From NCBI RefSeq assembly GCF_024298765.1, contig NZ_CP101210.1: a DNA stretch of 64,000 nucleotides; one strand, written 5' to 3'. The DNA is from Escherichia coli (GTDB lineage Bacteria; Pseudomonadota; Gammaproteobacteria; Enterobacterales; Enterobacteriaceae). The stretch's first letter is position 1; each line of letters begins with the position of its first letter. The position numbers and the translations under genes are program-made. Shown here in pieces: positions 36,277 to 47,228 of the stretch. Under the pieces are notes generated by a model, which worked only from the letters and a program-made list of their open reading frames with translations, was not told the origin of the DNA and ran no database searches.

Positions 36277-36507
36277 ATGTTGACCACAATAAGCCACGAC
36301 AGCGTGTTGCTGCGTGCCGACGATCCCCTGATCGACATGAACTACATCACCAGTTTCACCGGCATGACCGATAAATGGTTTTACAGGCTGATCAGTGAAG
36401 GTCATTTCCCTAAACCCATCAAACTGGGGCGCAGCAGCCGCTGGTACAAAAGTGAAGTAGAGCAGTGGATGCAGCAGCGAATTGAGGAATCACGAGGAGC
36501 AGCATGA
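36277..36507 (+). CDS. alpA: AlpA-family phage/island transcriptional regulator
   Basis: Small HTH protein ...FTGMTDKWFYRLISEGHFPKPIKLGRSSRWYKSEVEQW; start chosen at internal ATG of the 103-aa ORF. Confidence 0.5.
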   Translation: MLTTISHDSVLLRADDPLIDMNYITSFTGMTDKWFYRLISEGHFPKPIKLGRSSRWYKSEVEQWMQQRIEESRGAA

Positions 36508-36732
36508 AACGAGTTGTGATGCCGGTACGCTGGCAATGTGCAAAATGCCGGCGCTGGTATTGCGGAAATCAGCTCTGTCCCTGGTGCTGGCGACATTACC
36601 GTTCATTTTCCTGCTGACCCTCTCCGGTCAGCCAGCAGGTTGTAGCTCTTTCCTGACTGATTCGTTATTCCTTTCGTCCCGTCAGTCACTGGTGTTTGTA
36701 TCGTACTGTGCTGGTGTTGATGTGCGTTTTCC

Positions 36733-37275
36733 GTGTGTCTGCACCGGCTTAACAAAATTCACAGGGGTAAAATAGTGCAAATAACCGAAGCCTTACTTTC
36801 AGCGCCGGGGGAAATCCGGCGTTTTGTTCAGCAGGGGGTGGACCACTGGCCGCGTCTGCTGGCATTTCACTTCACGCTCCATTCGGCAGAAGGAAACATC
36901 AACGGGCAACAGATTCATGCATTCTGTACTTCCTTTTATGAACGTATTACTGAGCGTAATCACACGACCAGTCCATCATCGCCGGTGGTATTACGCTGGT
37001 TGCGGGAACAACATGGAGGAGCAACAATGCGATGCCTGTTGCTGCTCAGCCAGACGAGTATTTGTCACCCGCGAGCCAGTGTCACAGTTGATGAACAATG
37101 TTCGCAAGTGGTGGATTTACTGCAGCAGACCTGGCGGGGGATGGATACGGGCGGACAATGTCGGGTGGAAAGGTGTTTTCGGGTTACCCGGCCTGATACA
37201 TCAGAGCAATACGTTGCGTTAAAAACGGCTGTTCAGTCTCTGATGCCACTGGTTATTGCAACAATCATCCGGTGA
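36733..37275 (+). CDS. hypothetical island protein, possibly truncated
   Basis: 180-aa ORF downstream of alpA; no family recognised. Confidence 0.3.
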   Translation: MCLHRLNKIHRGKIVQITEALLSAPGEIRRFVQQGVDHWPRLLAFHFTLHSAEGNINGQQIHAFCTSFYERITERNHTTSPSSPVVLRWLREQHGGATMRCLLLLSQTSICHPRASVTVDEQCSQVVDLLQQTWRGMDTGGQCRVERCFRVTRPDTSEQYVALKTAVQSLMPLVIATIIR

Positions 37276-37304
37276 TGACCGGGAGAAATATCGACTCTTC
37301 CGTT

Positions 37305-37527
37305 AATTTTTACAGACTGATAAAGTTTTGTCTGCTGAATCTTTATACGGAATTCTTTTCAGTATGCGTACACGAATTGATTATCTGGCGGATAAATACT
37401 GTTTTACAGAACTGAATGAATCGCCCCGTCTTCGCCGGCAATGGCAGGATGTCCTGGATGAGTGCCGGCAGACAGAGGCAGGGCCGGAAGAACGGTTGCG
37501 TATTGCACTGTTGAATGTGGATTACGT
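37305..37527 (+). repeat. copy 2 of ~220-bp diverged segment (5-prime end of gene at 22855), fused to tssF
   Basis: Encodes ..AESLYGILFSMRTRIDYLADKYCFTELNESPRL.. up to ..LLNVDYV, then switches into the tssF frame. Confidence 0.7.
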
Positions 37528-39206
37528 CAGCAATGCTGAATCTGGATAAGCCTGGTGCCTGCGATCCCAGTGTGGAACGTCTGTTTGAAGGCTTTGCCTT
37601 CCTGATGGGACGTTTGCGTGAAAAGCTGGATGATGACCTGCCGGAGCTCACCGAAGGTCTGGTGAGTCTGCTGTGGCCGCACTATATGCGGACTATCCCG
37701 TCGCTGGCCATCGTTGAGTTCTCGCCTGACTGGCGTAGTCTGCGTCAGGCCGAAATACTGGCTGAAGGCTTTTCCGTTCTGTCCCGTCCTGTCGGGCCGC
37801 ATAAAACCGCCTGCCAGTACCGGGCGACCCGCGATGTGTTGCTACAACCGCTGCACCTTGCAGATGCCCGTCTCCATACTGAATCCGATGGCCGCTCTGC
37901 TATCCGTCTGCGCTTCGAATGCCCTGAAAAAGTGGACTGGAGTAAAGCCGGGATCGACAAAGTCGCCATTTTTCTTAACGCAGAGGCGCCGGTAAGTGCT
38001 GCGCTACATCTGGCAATGACCCGGCGTGTACATGCCATGTATGCGCGTCATGCCGGGACATATACCGGACGTCGTCAGTTTGACGGCTGGTGCAGACCCA
38101 TGGGCTTTGACGACAATGACTGCCTGTGGAAGAAAGCTGATACAGCCTTCAGTGGTTACCAGTTGCTGCTGGAGTATTTCAGCTTCCGTCCGAAGTTTAT
38201 GTTTGTTGAACTGCGCGGCCTCGACACCATTGGGCTCACTGCGGCCAGTACCTGGTTTGAAATCGACATTGTGCTCAGTGAAGCCTGGTCATCCGGTTTG
38301 CCTTTTGAGACAGAAAACTTCCGCCTGCACTGTGCGCCGGTTATCAATCTCTTTACCCTGGAAGCCGACCCGCTGATCCTTAACCCGCTGGATAACGAGT
38401 ACCTGCTCAGGCCGCTGCGTCTTCAGGATGGTCACACCGAAATTTACAGCGTCGATAACATTCACGGCTCGGTGAAGAACGGCAGACACCCTTATGTCCC
38501 GTTCACCAGCTTCCGGCACCGGGGCGGTATGATGCGCCACGATGCTCCTGAACGTTATTACCACACCCGTGTGAAACGGGGACCCTCCGGCCTGTATGAC
38601 ACATGGTTAGTTCTCGGGGGGCGTTCGTTCGAGCTGGAGCAGTTGTCCGATAAACCGGAGTCCCTCTCGATGCGAATCACCGCGACCAACGGGCAGCTTC
38701 CGCGCAGGGCGCTGGAAAGTACGCTCCTGGACAGGGTGGTCAAAACCGGCAAAGTCCCCGTCAGAGTCCTGAACCTGACCGCACCGACGATGCCACTGTA
38801 TCCCCCGGCAAATGACCGGTTTCACTGGCGGGTGATGAGTCACCTCGGATCAAACTTTCTCAGCATGATGGACAATCCGGAGGTGCTGCGGGGGACGCTG
38901 GCGCTCTATGACTGGACCGACGATGAAATGAACCGCCGCCGGCTTGAAGCCATCGTTGCTGTGAAGCACACCCTGATCCGCCGTTTTGAAAAGGGCTTTA
39001 TGCTCCGTGGCGTGGACATTGAGGTCACGCTGAATATGGATAATTTTGCCGGCGAGGGCGATGTGAATCTCTTCGGGGAGATGCTGCACCGTTTCTTTGC
39101 GCTCTATGCTGATGTTCACCTTTTCAACCAGCTCACACTGGTACTGCAACCCACAGGGAAACGACTGAGATGGAAAGAGAATCACAGCCAGCACGTACCG
39201 GGCTGA
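37515..39206 (+). pseudogene. tssF: type VI secretion baseplate subunit TssF, N-terminally truncated
   Basis: DPSVERLFEGFAFLMGRLREKLDDDLPELTEGLVSLLWPHY matches the TssF N-region; first ~40-50 residues replaced by unrelated sequence. Confidence 0.7.
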
Positions 39207-40015
39207 CGCAGGCCCTGGCCCTTAACAACGATATCTGGCGGGCCAGTTTTTATCGTTTCTGCCAGCTGCTGGAGCTGGAAAATCCGGACGGGCCAAAACT
39301 GGGCACGACCAGCCATCCGGGCGATGACCCGGTGCGATTCAGGCCCTGGCCCGGGATGGGATTCCCGGTCAGCACCCTGAAAGCGGTGGAGATCGACGAA
39401 GACCGTCCGACATTACCCCCAACGATCCGCACGACATTTCTCGGAATGTATGGGGTGGACTCACCTCTGCCGACGTCCTGGCTGGATGATATTGCGCAGC
39501 GCCGTGAAGGACATGAGGCGCTCACCTCATTTCTGGATATTTTCAGCCACCGCATCACCACCCAGTACTACCGGATCTGGCGAAAATATGCGTATCCGGC
39601 CACTTTCGAGGAGGGGGGGCGCGATGCCACATCGCAGTGTCTGCTGGGACTGGTCGGACTCGGTATACCCGGCACCGCTGAACAGGTGGCAACGCCGGTT
39701 TCCCGTTTCCTGGCCTTACTGGGTGCCATGCGATTACCCACCCGCAATGCTGAAGGCATCCGGGCTCTGGTGAGTCTGCTGGCACCGGATACCCGCGCAC
39801 TTATCACCGAACCCGATCCGGTTAAGGTCCATATCGATAACCGCAGTGGGCTGGGTGCCGGAAACCGCATCCGTCTTTCGCAGCGGGCCACGCTGGGTAA
39901 AACGGCAGGGGAAGCATGCAGCCGGCTCCTGATGACACTGGAAACAGCGGATCCGGACGAGGCGGAAGGCTGGTTGCCCACAGATAACCGGAGCAGGATT
40001 TACCGCCTTTCTTAG
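39170..40015 (+). pseudogene. tssG: type VI secretion baseplate subunit TssG, C-terminally truncated
   Basis: 281 aa with TssG-like FYRFCQLLE...VRF...FPVS...FLGMYGVDSPLP...FLDIFSHRITTQYYRIWRKY; overlaps tssF end; IS66 fragment starts about 50 bp downstream. Confidence 0.65.
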
Positions 40016-40066
40016 TGTTCAGGATCTTCAGGGTAGTCTCATCTGCATGCACCACCGGACGGTTTA

Positions 40067-40849
40067 TCAACTCGCGATGGAGTAACGCCGCCAGGGGAGA
40101 TAATGCGGCACCCGCCGCGCCAACCATGTCAGCCATCGAACTGACGGGCAGCCCGACACTGAACGGGCAAAGACCTGTTGCTGGCGATACAGAGGCAGGT
40201 GGTCACCGTATTTATTGATGATCACCTGTGTGATGACTGATGGCTCAACGGCACTTTTCGGGAGGATATGTGCCGGCATTTCACCGCTGAACACCTTCTG
40301 GCAACAGGAACAACTGTATTGCGGACGGACATAACGGTTCACCACGAAGTGAACGGGAATATACTCCAGCTTTTCACTCACCGCATCACGGATATAGTGC
40401 AGCGGCTCGTCACATTCAGGGCAATGGTCAGTGTCCGGCTGGATAATTTTTTCCACCCGTGGAAGATGAGCCGGTAAGGGTTTGCGTATCGGGCGTGAAC
40501 GGGACGCTTTTTCGTCTTCTTCAGGGGATTGCGGGAGCAGTTTATCCAGATGTGCGGTAAGCGCGGCGATATCGACATCAACATCCTCTTCGAACAGGGA
40601 GCGTTGCATACCAGCCAGCGTTTCACATTTTTTACCGAAGCGCTGTTGACGAACCAGTTTCAGCATTTCTTCCAGAAGCTGGATGCGCCGGCTTTTCTCC
40701 AGTAATTCCCGCTCTTTTTCGGCATTCTCCGACATGACTTTTTGTACCATGGTAAGTGCCATAGCACGCAGTTTTTCGATGTCATTCGTGGTGTTGAGAG
40801 CGGAGATATCCATACAGGGGAGTATACCACTCCAGATACGGATATTCAT
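40067..40849 (-). pseudogene. tnpC: IS66 TnpC, N-terminal part only
   Basis: Coiled-coil N-terminus, Zn finger CPECDEPL...CSCC, DHLPLYRQ motif; C-terminal half missing. Confidence 0.7.
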
Positions 40850-40855
40850 TATTTT

Positions 40856-41248
40856 TCACTGAGTTAGCAGTGTATTTTGCGTGTTTTCAGGGCGCAGTTC
40901 AGGTTCATTCTGCCAGCCCCATTTCGTCAGGTCATGTCCCTTAACCTGCTGCCAGTCAACACCGGCAATCAGCCAGTTAAACTCGTCGGGAGTTAGGTGC
41001 CAGGCAGCATCATTTGCACGTGGCCAGCGGAAGCTGCCTTTGTGCAGACGGCGGGTACACAACCACACCCCGTGTTTATCCCACCGGAGAACTTTGATAC
41101 GCGAACGGACTTTGTTAACAAAGACGAAGGCGGCTCCCTCATGCCATGTCGACCGGAGTTCATCCTGTATATACTGCGTCAGTGTGTCGATGCCCCGGCG
41201 CATGTCAACAGGTTTAATCGCGATGAAGACATTATCAGGACTGAGCAT
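40856..41248 (-). CDS. tnpB: IS66 TnpB (Orf2)
   Basis: Start at internal ATG (MLSPDNVFIAIKPVDMRRGIDTL...); typical ~130-aa TnpB. Confidence 0.7.
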   Translation of the reverse strand: MLSPDNVFIAIKPVDMRRGIDTLTQYIQDELRSTWHEGAAFVFVNKVRSRIKVLRWDKHGVWLCTRRLHKGSFRWPRANDAAWHLTPDEFNWLIAGVDWQQVKGHDLTKWGWQNEPELRPENTQNTLLTQ

Positions 41249-41564
41249 ATTTGAGCGCCCTGAAGACATCGGTAAGTTGTGACGGCTGACAGCACATCCG
41301 TACTCCGCCGGGAAGGAAGAGCGTGACTGGCTCATTCGTGACGGGCTGTGGTACATCAGCATGCAGTGGTGGCGCAATATGAACGGGAAGAACGGTCGGT
41401 TCATTTGCCCGGCGTTCAGCTTTTGCGACATCCTGCGGCCATTCGCGAAGTGATGTGAAGGGAATATCGTTGAGTTCACAGTATTGCTGACGTGTAAGAC
41501 CACTGGCGCGCCAGGCAGCAACGTGCTGCCTTTTCTGTTCAATGGTCCATCGGGGTTTTGACAT
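41235..41564 (-). CDS. tnpA: IS66 TnpA (Orf1)
   Basis: 109 aa; overlaps the tnpB start. Confidence 0.65.
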   Translation of the reverse strand: MSKPRWTIEQKRQHVAAWRASGLTRQQYCELNDIPFTSLREWPQDVAKAERRANEPTVLPVHIAPPLHADVPQPVTNEPVTLFLPGGVRMCCQPSQLTDVFRALKYAQS

Positions 41565-41670
41565 TGATTATCTCCGGTAAGTTGGTGAATGAATGTCGGT
41601 AATGCTAACTGACTGAAAATCTCTGTGAAGATGACTTCCCCGTAACGACACCTTCTTTATCGCCTGCCGA

Positions 41671-42394
41671 ATGACGCTGTTCAGCGATTCGATGGCTATC
41701 GTCGTGTCCGGGCTATTCTCAGACGGCAGTCTTAACGAAGGACTGCAGTTCGTGAATGCAAATCGCGTTTATCGAATAATGAGCGAGAATAACCTGTTGT
41801 TATTACATGACAAACCTTCACGACCGCAGAGGGAACATAAAGGCCCGAATATCGGTGAAGGAAAGCGACCCGCGCTGGTGTGCCGATGGCTTTGAGTTCG
41901 GTTGTGATGATGACGAAAAACTGCGTGTCACGTTCGCACTGGACTGTTGCGATCTTGAATCCATAGACTGGGCCGCAAGCACGGGAGGTTATGGCAAAGC
42001 AACGGTGCAGGATGTCATGTCAGGAGCGATAGAAAAACGCTTTGGCGATAGACCGGGATGGCCCATCCAGTGGCTGACCGATAACGGTTCGGCTTATACA
42101 ACTCATGAAACACGGCAGTTCGCCAGAGAGTTGAATCTGGAGCTCTGCACGACGGCAGTCAGTAGCCCTCAGAGTAATGGAATGAGAGAACGGTTCGTGA
42201 AAACGATGAAGAGCGATTACATCAGTATCATACCTAAACCGGACGGGTTAATGGCAGCAAAGAACCTTGCAGAGGCGTTCGAGCATTATAACGAATGGCA
42301 TCCGCATAGTGCACTGGGTTATCGCTCGCCACGGGAATATCTACGGCAGCGGGCCAGTAATGGGTTAAGTGATAACAGGTGTCTGGAAATATAG
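41671..42394 (+). pseudogene. DDE transposase/integrase (rve domain) fragment, frameshifted
   Basis: [10 protein letters not shown] and [16 protein letters not shown] integrase-core motifs; N-terminal part in a different frame. Confidence 0.55.
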
Positions 42395-42650
42395 GGGCAA
42401 ATCCATTTCGCAAGCAAAGACTCTGGTAAATACTCGTCATATTTATCCAGATCCTTATCAGGAACAACTGTAGCAGGCTCAAATTCTGAAGGTGCAAAAT
42501 GGCATCTGAATCGATCACGACTTGGCATGCTTCCGATCATTGATTGGCATCCTGCCAGTCGTATCGTAAGCGTAAACCGACCGCCGTATGTAGCCATTAG
42601 ACAAGAATTGGTAACTTAGACGCCCATCTGACACAGACGGACATCTAAGT

Positions 42651-43070
42651 ATGGAATTGCAGGACTGGCGAAAAGAACCTCGTAAAAAGTATTCGAATGA
42701 ATTCAAACTTCGTATGGTTGAACTGGCATCACAACCCGGTGCTTGTGTGGTCCAGATTGCACGAGAAAATGGCGTCAATGATAATGTTATATTCAAATGG
42801 CTCAGACTCTGGCAAAACGAAGGGTGTATATCGCAGCGTCTTCCGGTGACAACCACTTCTGACGCAGGCGTTGAATTATTACCTGTAGAGATAACGCCTG
42901 ATGAGCCGAAAGAACCGGTGGCTGCTCTTACTCCGTCTTTATCCACCCAGACTACTGTCAGTGCCAGCTCCTGCAAGGTGGAGTTCCGTCACGGTAACAT
43001 GACGCTGGAAAATCCTTCACCAGAGCTGCTCACTGTGTTGATCCGTGAACTGACCGGGAGGGGACGATGA
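42651..43070 (+). CDS. tnpA: IS66 TnpA (Orf1)
   Basis: 139 aa; ATGA overlap with tnpB. Confidence 0.7.
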   Translation: MELQDWRKEPRKKYSNEFKLRMVELASQPGACVVQIARENGVNDNVIFKWLRLWQNEGCISQRLPVTTTSDAGVELLPVEITPDEPKEPVAALTPSLSTQTTVSASSCKVEFRHGNMTLENPSPELLTVLIRELTGRGR

Positions 43071-43417
43071 TCTCACTCCCGTCAGGCACCCGCATCTGGC
43101 TCGTTGCCGGCGTTACCGATATGCGTAAATCCTTCAACGGACTGGGAGAACAGGTACAGCATGTGCTGAATGATAATCCCTTCTCCGGTCACCTGTTCAT
43201 CTTCCGTGGCCGACGGGGTGACACGATTAAAATCCTGTGGGCTGATGCTGATGGTCTGTGCCTGTTCACCAAACGCCTGGAGGAAGGCCAGTTTATCTGG
43301 CCTGCGGTGCGTGACGGCAAGATATCCATTACCCGCTCGCAACTGGCAATGCTCCTCGATAAGCTGGACTGGCGTCAGCCAAAAACATCCCGTCTTAACG
43401 CACTGACAATGTTGTAA
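43067..43417 (+). CDS. tnpB: IS66 TnpB (Orf2)
   Basis: 116 aa; MISLPSGTRIWLVAGVTDMRKSFNGL typical TnpB. Confidence 0.8.
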   Translation: MISLPSGTRIWLVAGVTDMRKSFNGLGEQVQHVLNDNPFSGHLFIFRGRRGDTIKILWADADGLCLFTKRLEEGQFIWPAVRDGKISITRSQLAMLLDKLDWRQPKTSRLNALTML

Positions 43418-43447
43418 AAATGTCATGGCCGGATTATAAAAACGGTC

Positions 43448-44212
43448 ATGAGTCAGAAATACCTCATTCGGATCACTGAGCTGGAAAGGTTGCTCTCTGA
43501 GCAGGCTGAAGCCCTCCGTCAGAAAGACCAACAACTGAGTCTGGTTGAAGAGACGGAGGCCTTCCTGCGTTCTGCGCTGGCACGTGCCGAAGAAAAGATC
43601 GAAGAAGATGAGCGGGAAATAGAGCATCTGCGGGCCCAGGTGGAAAAACTGCGCCGGATGCTGTTCGGTACCCGTTCTGAAAAACTGCGTCGTGAAGTTG
43701 AACAGGCTGAAGCCCTGCTGAAACGACGCGAACAGAACAGCGATCGTTACAGCGGGCGTGAGGATGACCCGCAGGTTCCCCGCCAGTTGCGACAGTCGCG
43801 TCATCGTCGCCCGTTACCGGCGCATCTGCCCCGCGAAATAAACCGCCTGGAGCCAGAAGAAAGCTGTTGCCCGGAGTGTGGTGGTGAGCTGGATTATCTG
43901 GGGGAAGTCAGCGCAGAACAACTGGAACTGGTGAGCAGCGCCCTGAAAGTGATCCGCACAGAACGGGTAAAAAAAGCCTGTACAAAATGTGACTGCATCG
44001 TTGAAGCACCGGCACCGTCCCGTCCGATAGCGCGTGGTGTCGCGGGCCCGGGGTTACTTGCCCGCGTGTTAACGGGAAAATACTGCGAACACCTGCCACT
44101 GTATCGTCAGAGTGAAATCTTTGCCCGTCAGGGTGTCGAACTGAGCCGTGCGTTACTCTCCAACTGGGTTGACGAGCTCCTGCCATGGAACGTAGCACTC
44201 ACCAATAAATAA
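43448..44212 (+). pseudogene. tnpC: IS66 TnpC, N-terminal part only
   Basis: 254 aa; Zn finger CPECGGEL...CTKCDC, HLPLYRQ motif; C-terminal half missing. Confidence 0.7.
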
Positions 44213-44437
44213 GTATCAATACGGCACTCCGTTAACGCTTACTGAAACGACGCCGGGGACCATCTTCTTTTGGGTAAAAAAGGCCGCGCCAGAATTCGAC
44301 ACGACCACTGCTATATGCGTATTATTCTGTTCCGGGAGATTGCCTCTCTTCTGGTTATTCAGCAATACAACGGACAAAAAGCACTGGCATAAATAACCCC
44401 TTGTTAAACGGAGAATAGTGATAATGTATTGACGCTA

Positions 44438-45685
44438 TTACTCATTTCTCATCTTCATCCTTCGGGTAAGCAGAGTCGCACAAATGAATCCCAGCAGACT
44501 AAATGCCACCATTACAGAAAAAACATAGTTATAGCCCTGTATGCCAGAAAAATTATCTAACAGCGAACCATAAAGCGTGTAAGCAAACATGGAAGGCATG
44601 TAACCAATAATGCACCCAAACGCCATTGCTGAACCAGCAAATTCTCTGGGGGTACCGATTTCATCCATTGGCGCAAAAAAAATTGCCCGTTGTGAAAAAA
44701 TGATTGCACCAAATCCAAGAGTTGCAGTCATTCCAAGATAAACATTCATTGAGTCGTGTGGTAGTTGAATAAAAAGTAGCATAGCGACTGCTGAAATAAG
44801 GAAAGTCCATTTCAGATAGATGACCGGAGAATGAGAAATTTTATCTGCGAGATAACCGCCAACTGGCCCGCCCACCATTTTTAGTCCGTACTGGTTAATA
44901 ATCCCGTAAGCACCCACGAGTGCAACGGGAAGGGCATAGATATCTTTCAGGAATGGTATGAAATATGTTAGCCCACAATATGCGGAGTACACAAAGAATA
45001 TACAAAATGAGGCCAGCCACAGATTTGGTGATTTAACGACATTCTTTATCCCCTTGAATATCTGTTTATTAACATCTTCGTCATTCTGTGGAATGGTCCT
45101 GTCGTCTGCATCCACAATAAAGTAGGTGATAATTCCAACAATAATGGTGATTAATGTGTAATAAACAAGACCAGCCTGCATGCCAGCTTTTCCTTCGCCA
45201 AACTGCACAAAGACGAATAAAGCGCCGGACGCAATTAATACATCCACGACTCCTCGTCCAGCTTCCAGAAAGCCGAACATACGTCCCTGTTCATCCCTGT
45301 TCCCCAACAGACGAACAGCTTTAAGTAGCACGGGCCAGTAGACCACTTCGCCAAAGAAAGCCATAGCACCAAAAGCTATAAGGTAACCAGAGAAGGGGGG
45401 TAATGTTGTGAGGTAAGCGCCGCACAGACCCACACCGATTAAACCTGCAGGAAGAAGTATTTTTTTGGAAAAGCGATCTGCTATATATAATGAACTAAAT
45501 AGTCCGATAGTCTGAACAGCAGCATATATTGTAAATCCAAAGCCAATCTGTGTATTAGTCAATCCCCAGTCAGCCTGCATAGGAACATAAAATACGTCCT
45601 TCATACTGGACAATTTGAAAATTGTCCCACCGCCAAGAATAAGGAAGCATAGCTTCATCCATTTATTCATCTGGTTATCCCCCAT
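44438..45685 (-). CDS. MFS transporter
   Basis: 415-aa ORF with ~12 hydrophobic segments; start may be the second ATG (45670); 1-nt overlap with RidA gene. Confidence 0.7.
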   Translation of the reverse strand: MGDNQMNKWMKLCFLILGGGTIFKLSSMKDVFYVPMQADWGLTNTQIGFGFTIYAAVQTIGLFSSLYIADRFSKKILLPAGLIGVGLCGAYLTTLPPFSGYLIAFGAMAFFGEVVYWPVLLKAVRLLGNRDEQGRMFGFLEAGRGVVDVLIASGALFVFVQFGEGKAGMQAGLVYYTLITIIVGIITYFIVDADDRTIPQNDEDVNKQIFKGIKNVVKSPNLWLASFCIFFVYSAYCGLTYFIPFLKDIYALPVALVGAYGIINQYGLKMVGGPVGGYLADKISHSPVIYLKWTFLISAVAMLLFIQLPHDSMNVYLGMTATLGFGAIIFSQRAIFFAPMDEIGTPREFAGSAMAFGCIIGYMPSMFAYTLYGSLLDNFSGIQGYNYVFSVMVAFSLLGFICATLLTRRMKMRNE

Positions 45686-46062
45686 TATTTGATAACCGCA
45701 ATGGCTTCAATTTCTATCAGCACGTCTTTCGGTAATCTGGCGACTTCAACACAGGACCTGGCCGGGTATTTGTCTGATGAGAAATATTCACTGTACAGAA
45801 GGTTAAATTGAGAAAAATTATCCATGTTACTGATAAAACAGGTTGTTTTTACGATGTTATCCATTCCGATTCCTGCAGATTCAATAATTGCCTTCAGATT
45901 ATCCATCGCTTGCCTGGTTTGCCTTTCTATAGTCTCGCCATTTACGGTTCCGTCTTCTGGTTTGAAAGGACAACATCCGGAAATGAACAATAAATTACCA
46001 GTTGATACTGCCTGTACATAGGGACCGATAGCTTTGGGGGCATGTTTAGTATCAATGATCAT
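45685..46062 (-). CDS. RidA/YjgF family reactive-intermediate deaminase
   Basis: 125 aa; MIIDTKHAPKAIGPYVQAV...ARSCVEVARLP pattern typical of RidA. Confidence 0.75.
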   Translation of the reverse strand: MIIDTKHAPKAIGPYVQAVSTGNLLFISGCCPFKPEDGTVNGETIERQTRQAMDNLKAIIESAGIGMDNIVKTTCFISNMDNFSQFNLLYSEYFSSDKYPARSCVEVARLPKDVLIEIEAIAVIK

Positions 46063-46083
46063 AAAAGTATCCTTTTAAATTTA

Positions 46084-47043
46084 TTAACAATATTTTTTTC
46101 TTAAATTCTTCAGAGTCTGAACAGAAACCTCAACACAACGATTTTGGGCTGCCATTAGTTCCTGTAATACAGAGTCAGATATTTTGGCAGGGTAGTAATA
46201 ATCAAGTGGCTTTATTTTCAGGTGTTCAAATGGTGCCTCTTTTACGGAGAATGCCCCTTCCAGAGAATATACGCCGCCAGTACCCTTTGGACGGGCAAAA
46301 GGTGAGGCATATGGGAAACATGTTTCGATGTTTATTCTGGTTAAAGAGGACTCTTTAACCAGAGTTTTAAAGCAGGTATCAATATCAATGCTTCCTTCTC
46401 CGACAGGAACACCACAGACAACCAGGTCTTCGCCGTTGCGTGTGACAATATGATCCTTGAAATGCGTGCTGTAAGCATAAGGAGCCAGTTTACGAACTGT
46501 TTCTACTGGTTCTTCCCATGCCATCATTCCATTACCTATATCACAGTGTGCTCCCACCCACTCAGAATTAACAGATTTGATAACTTCGATTATCTCGTCG
46601 GCAGTTTCATCTTCATGGTTTTCTATTGCCAGTTTAATTTTCTTTCTACTGAGTAAGGATGTCAGTGATTTTAACTGTTCTACTATTTCCGGATATTTCA
46701 GAGGGTTATATTCTCCTCTCCTGAACATATAAGTTCGGATAACTTCTGCTCCAAGTGCAGATGCAATTTCCACTGCTCTGGTGATAGCTTCACAGGAAGT
46801 GAATCGGGTATCTATCTCACAATAAAGACCATGAGAATCAATGGATTTTCTGACTTTTGACAGATATTCAGGAGATATACTGTTCAGGACACCAAATTCC
46901 GGATGCAGACCAACATCCGGAATGATATTAATTTCGACCCCATCCAGCCCCAGTTCACTGGTTTTATCAATGAAGTCGAAAATATCCATCATTCCCTGCT
47001 GAAAGAACAGATGATATGACTCAGTCTCAAGGCCTAGTTTCAT
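46084..47043 (-). CDS. sugar phosphate isomerase/epimerase (xylose-isomerase-like TIM barrel)
   Basis: Start at ATG 47043 with GGAGG RBS; family call from overall sequence resemblance. Confidence 0.55.
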   Translation of the reverse strand: MKLGLETESYHLFFQQGMMDIFDFIDKTSELGLDGVEINIIPDVGLHPEFGVLNSISPEYLSKVRKSIDSHGLYCEIDTRFTSCEAITRAVEIASALGAEVIRTYMFRRGEYNPLKYPEIVEQLKSLTSLLSRKKIKLAIENHEDETADEIIEVIKSVNSEWVGAHCDIGNGMMAWEEPVETVRKLAPYAYSTHFKDHIVTRNGEDLVVCGVPVGEGSIDIDTCFKTLVKESSLTRINIETCFPYASPFARPKGTGGVYSLEGAFSVKEAPFEHLKIKPLDYYYPAKISDSVLQELMAAQNRCVEVSVQTLKNLRKKYC

Positions 47044-47228
47044 GGCGAACCTCCATAGTATTTGAGACTGATTGTAGTTTTTTATACATTTGTAAAATGT
47101 GATCAAAGTAGAATAATTTCTCACTTAGTGAATAAATTTACTACCTGGTGTTATTTTGAGCCACTTTGGTGGACTCTGTTCTGCATCTGGTATAGCATTC
47201 AGATGTACTTTGTTCATGAGGTTATTAT

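Larger units (their letters stand above)
40067..41620 (-). mobile_element. IS66-family element, copy A, truncated within tnpC (outer end approximate)
   Basis: tnpA-tnpB-tnpC order on minus strand; tnpC stops after ~255 aa shortly after the PLYRQ motif. Confidence 0.7.
42566..44190 (+). mobile_element. IS66-family element, copy B, truncated within tnpC
   Basis: Left end GTAAGCGTAAACCGACCGCC near 42566; tnpA-tnpB-tnpC; tnpC diverges from family after ...SRALLSNWVD. Confidence 0.7.

Noticed and set aside
35905-36405. 166-aa minus-strand ORF
   Set aside because: Antisense to the Gp2-like and AlpA genes; no motifs.
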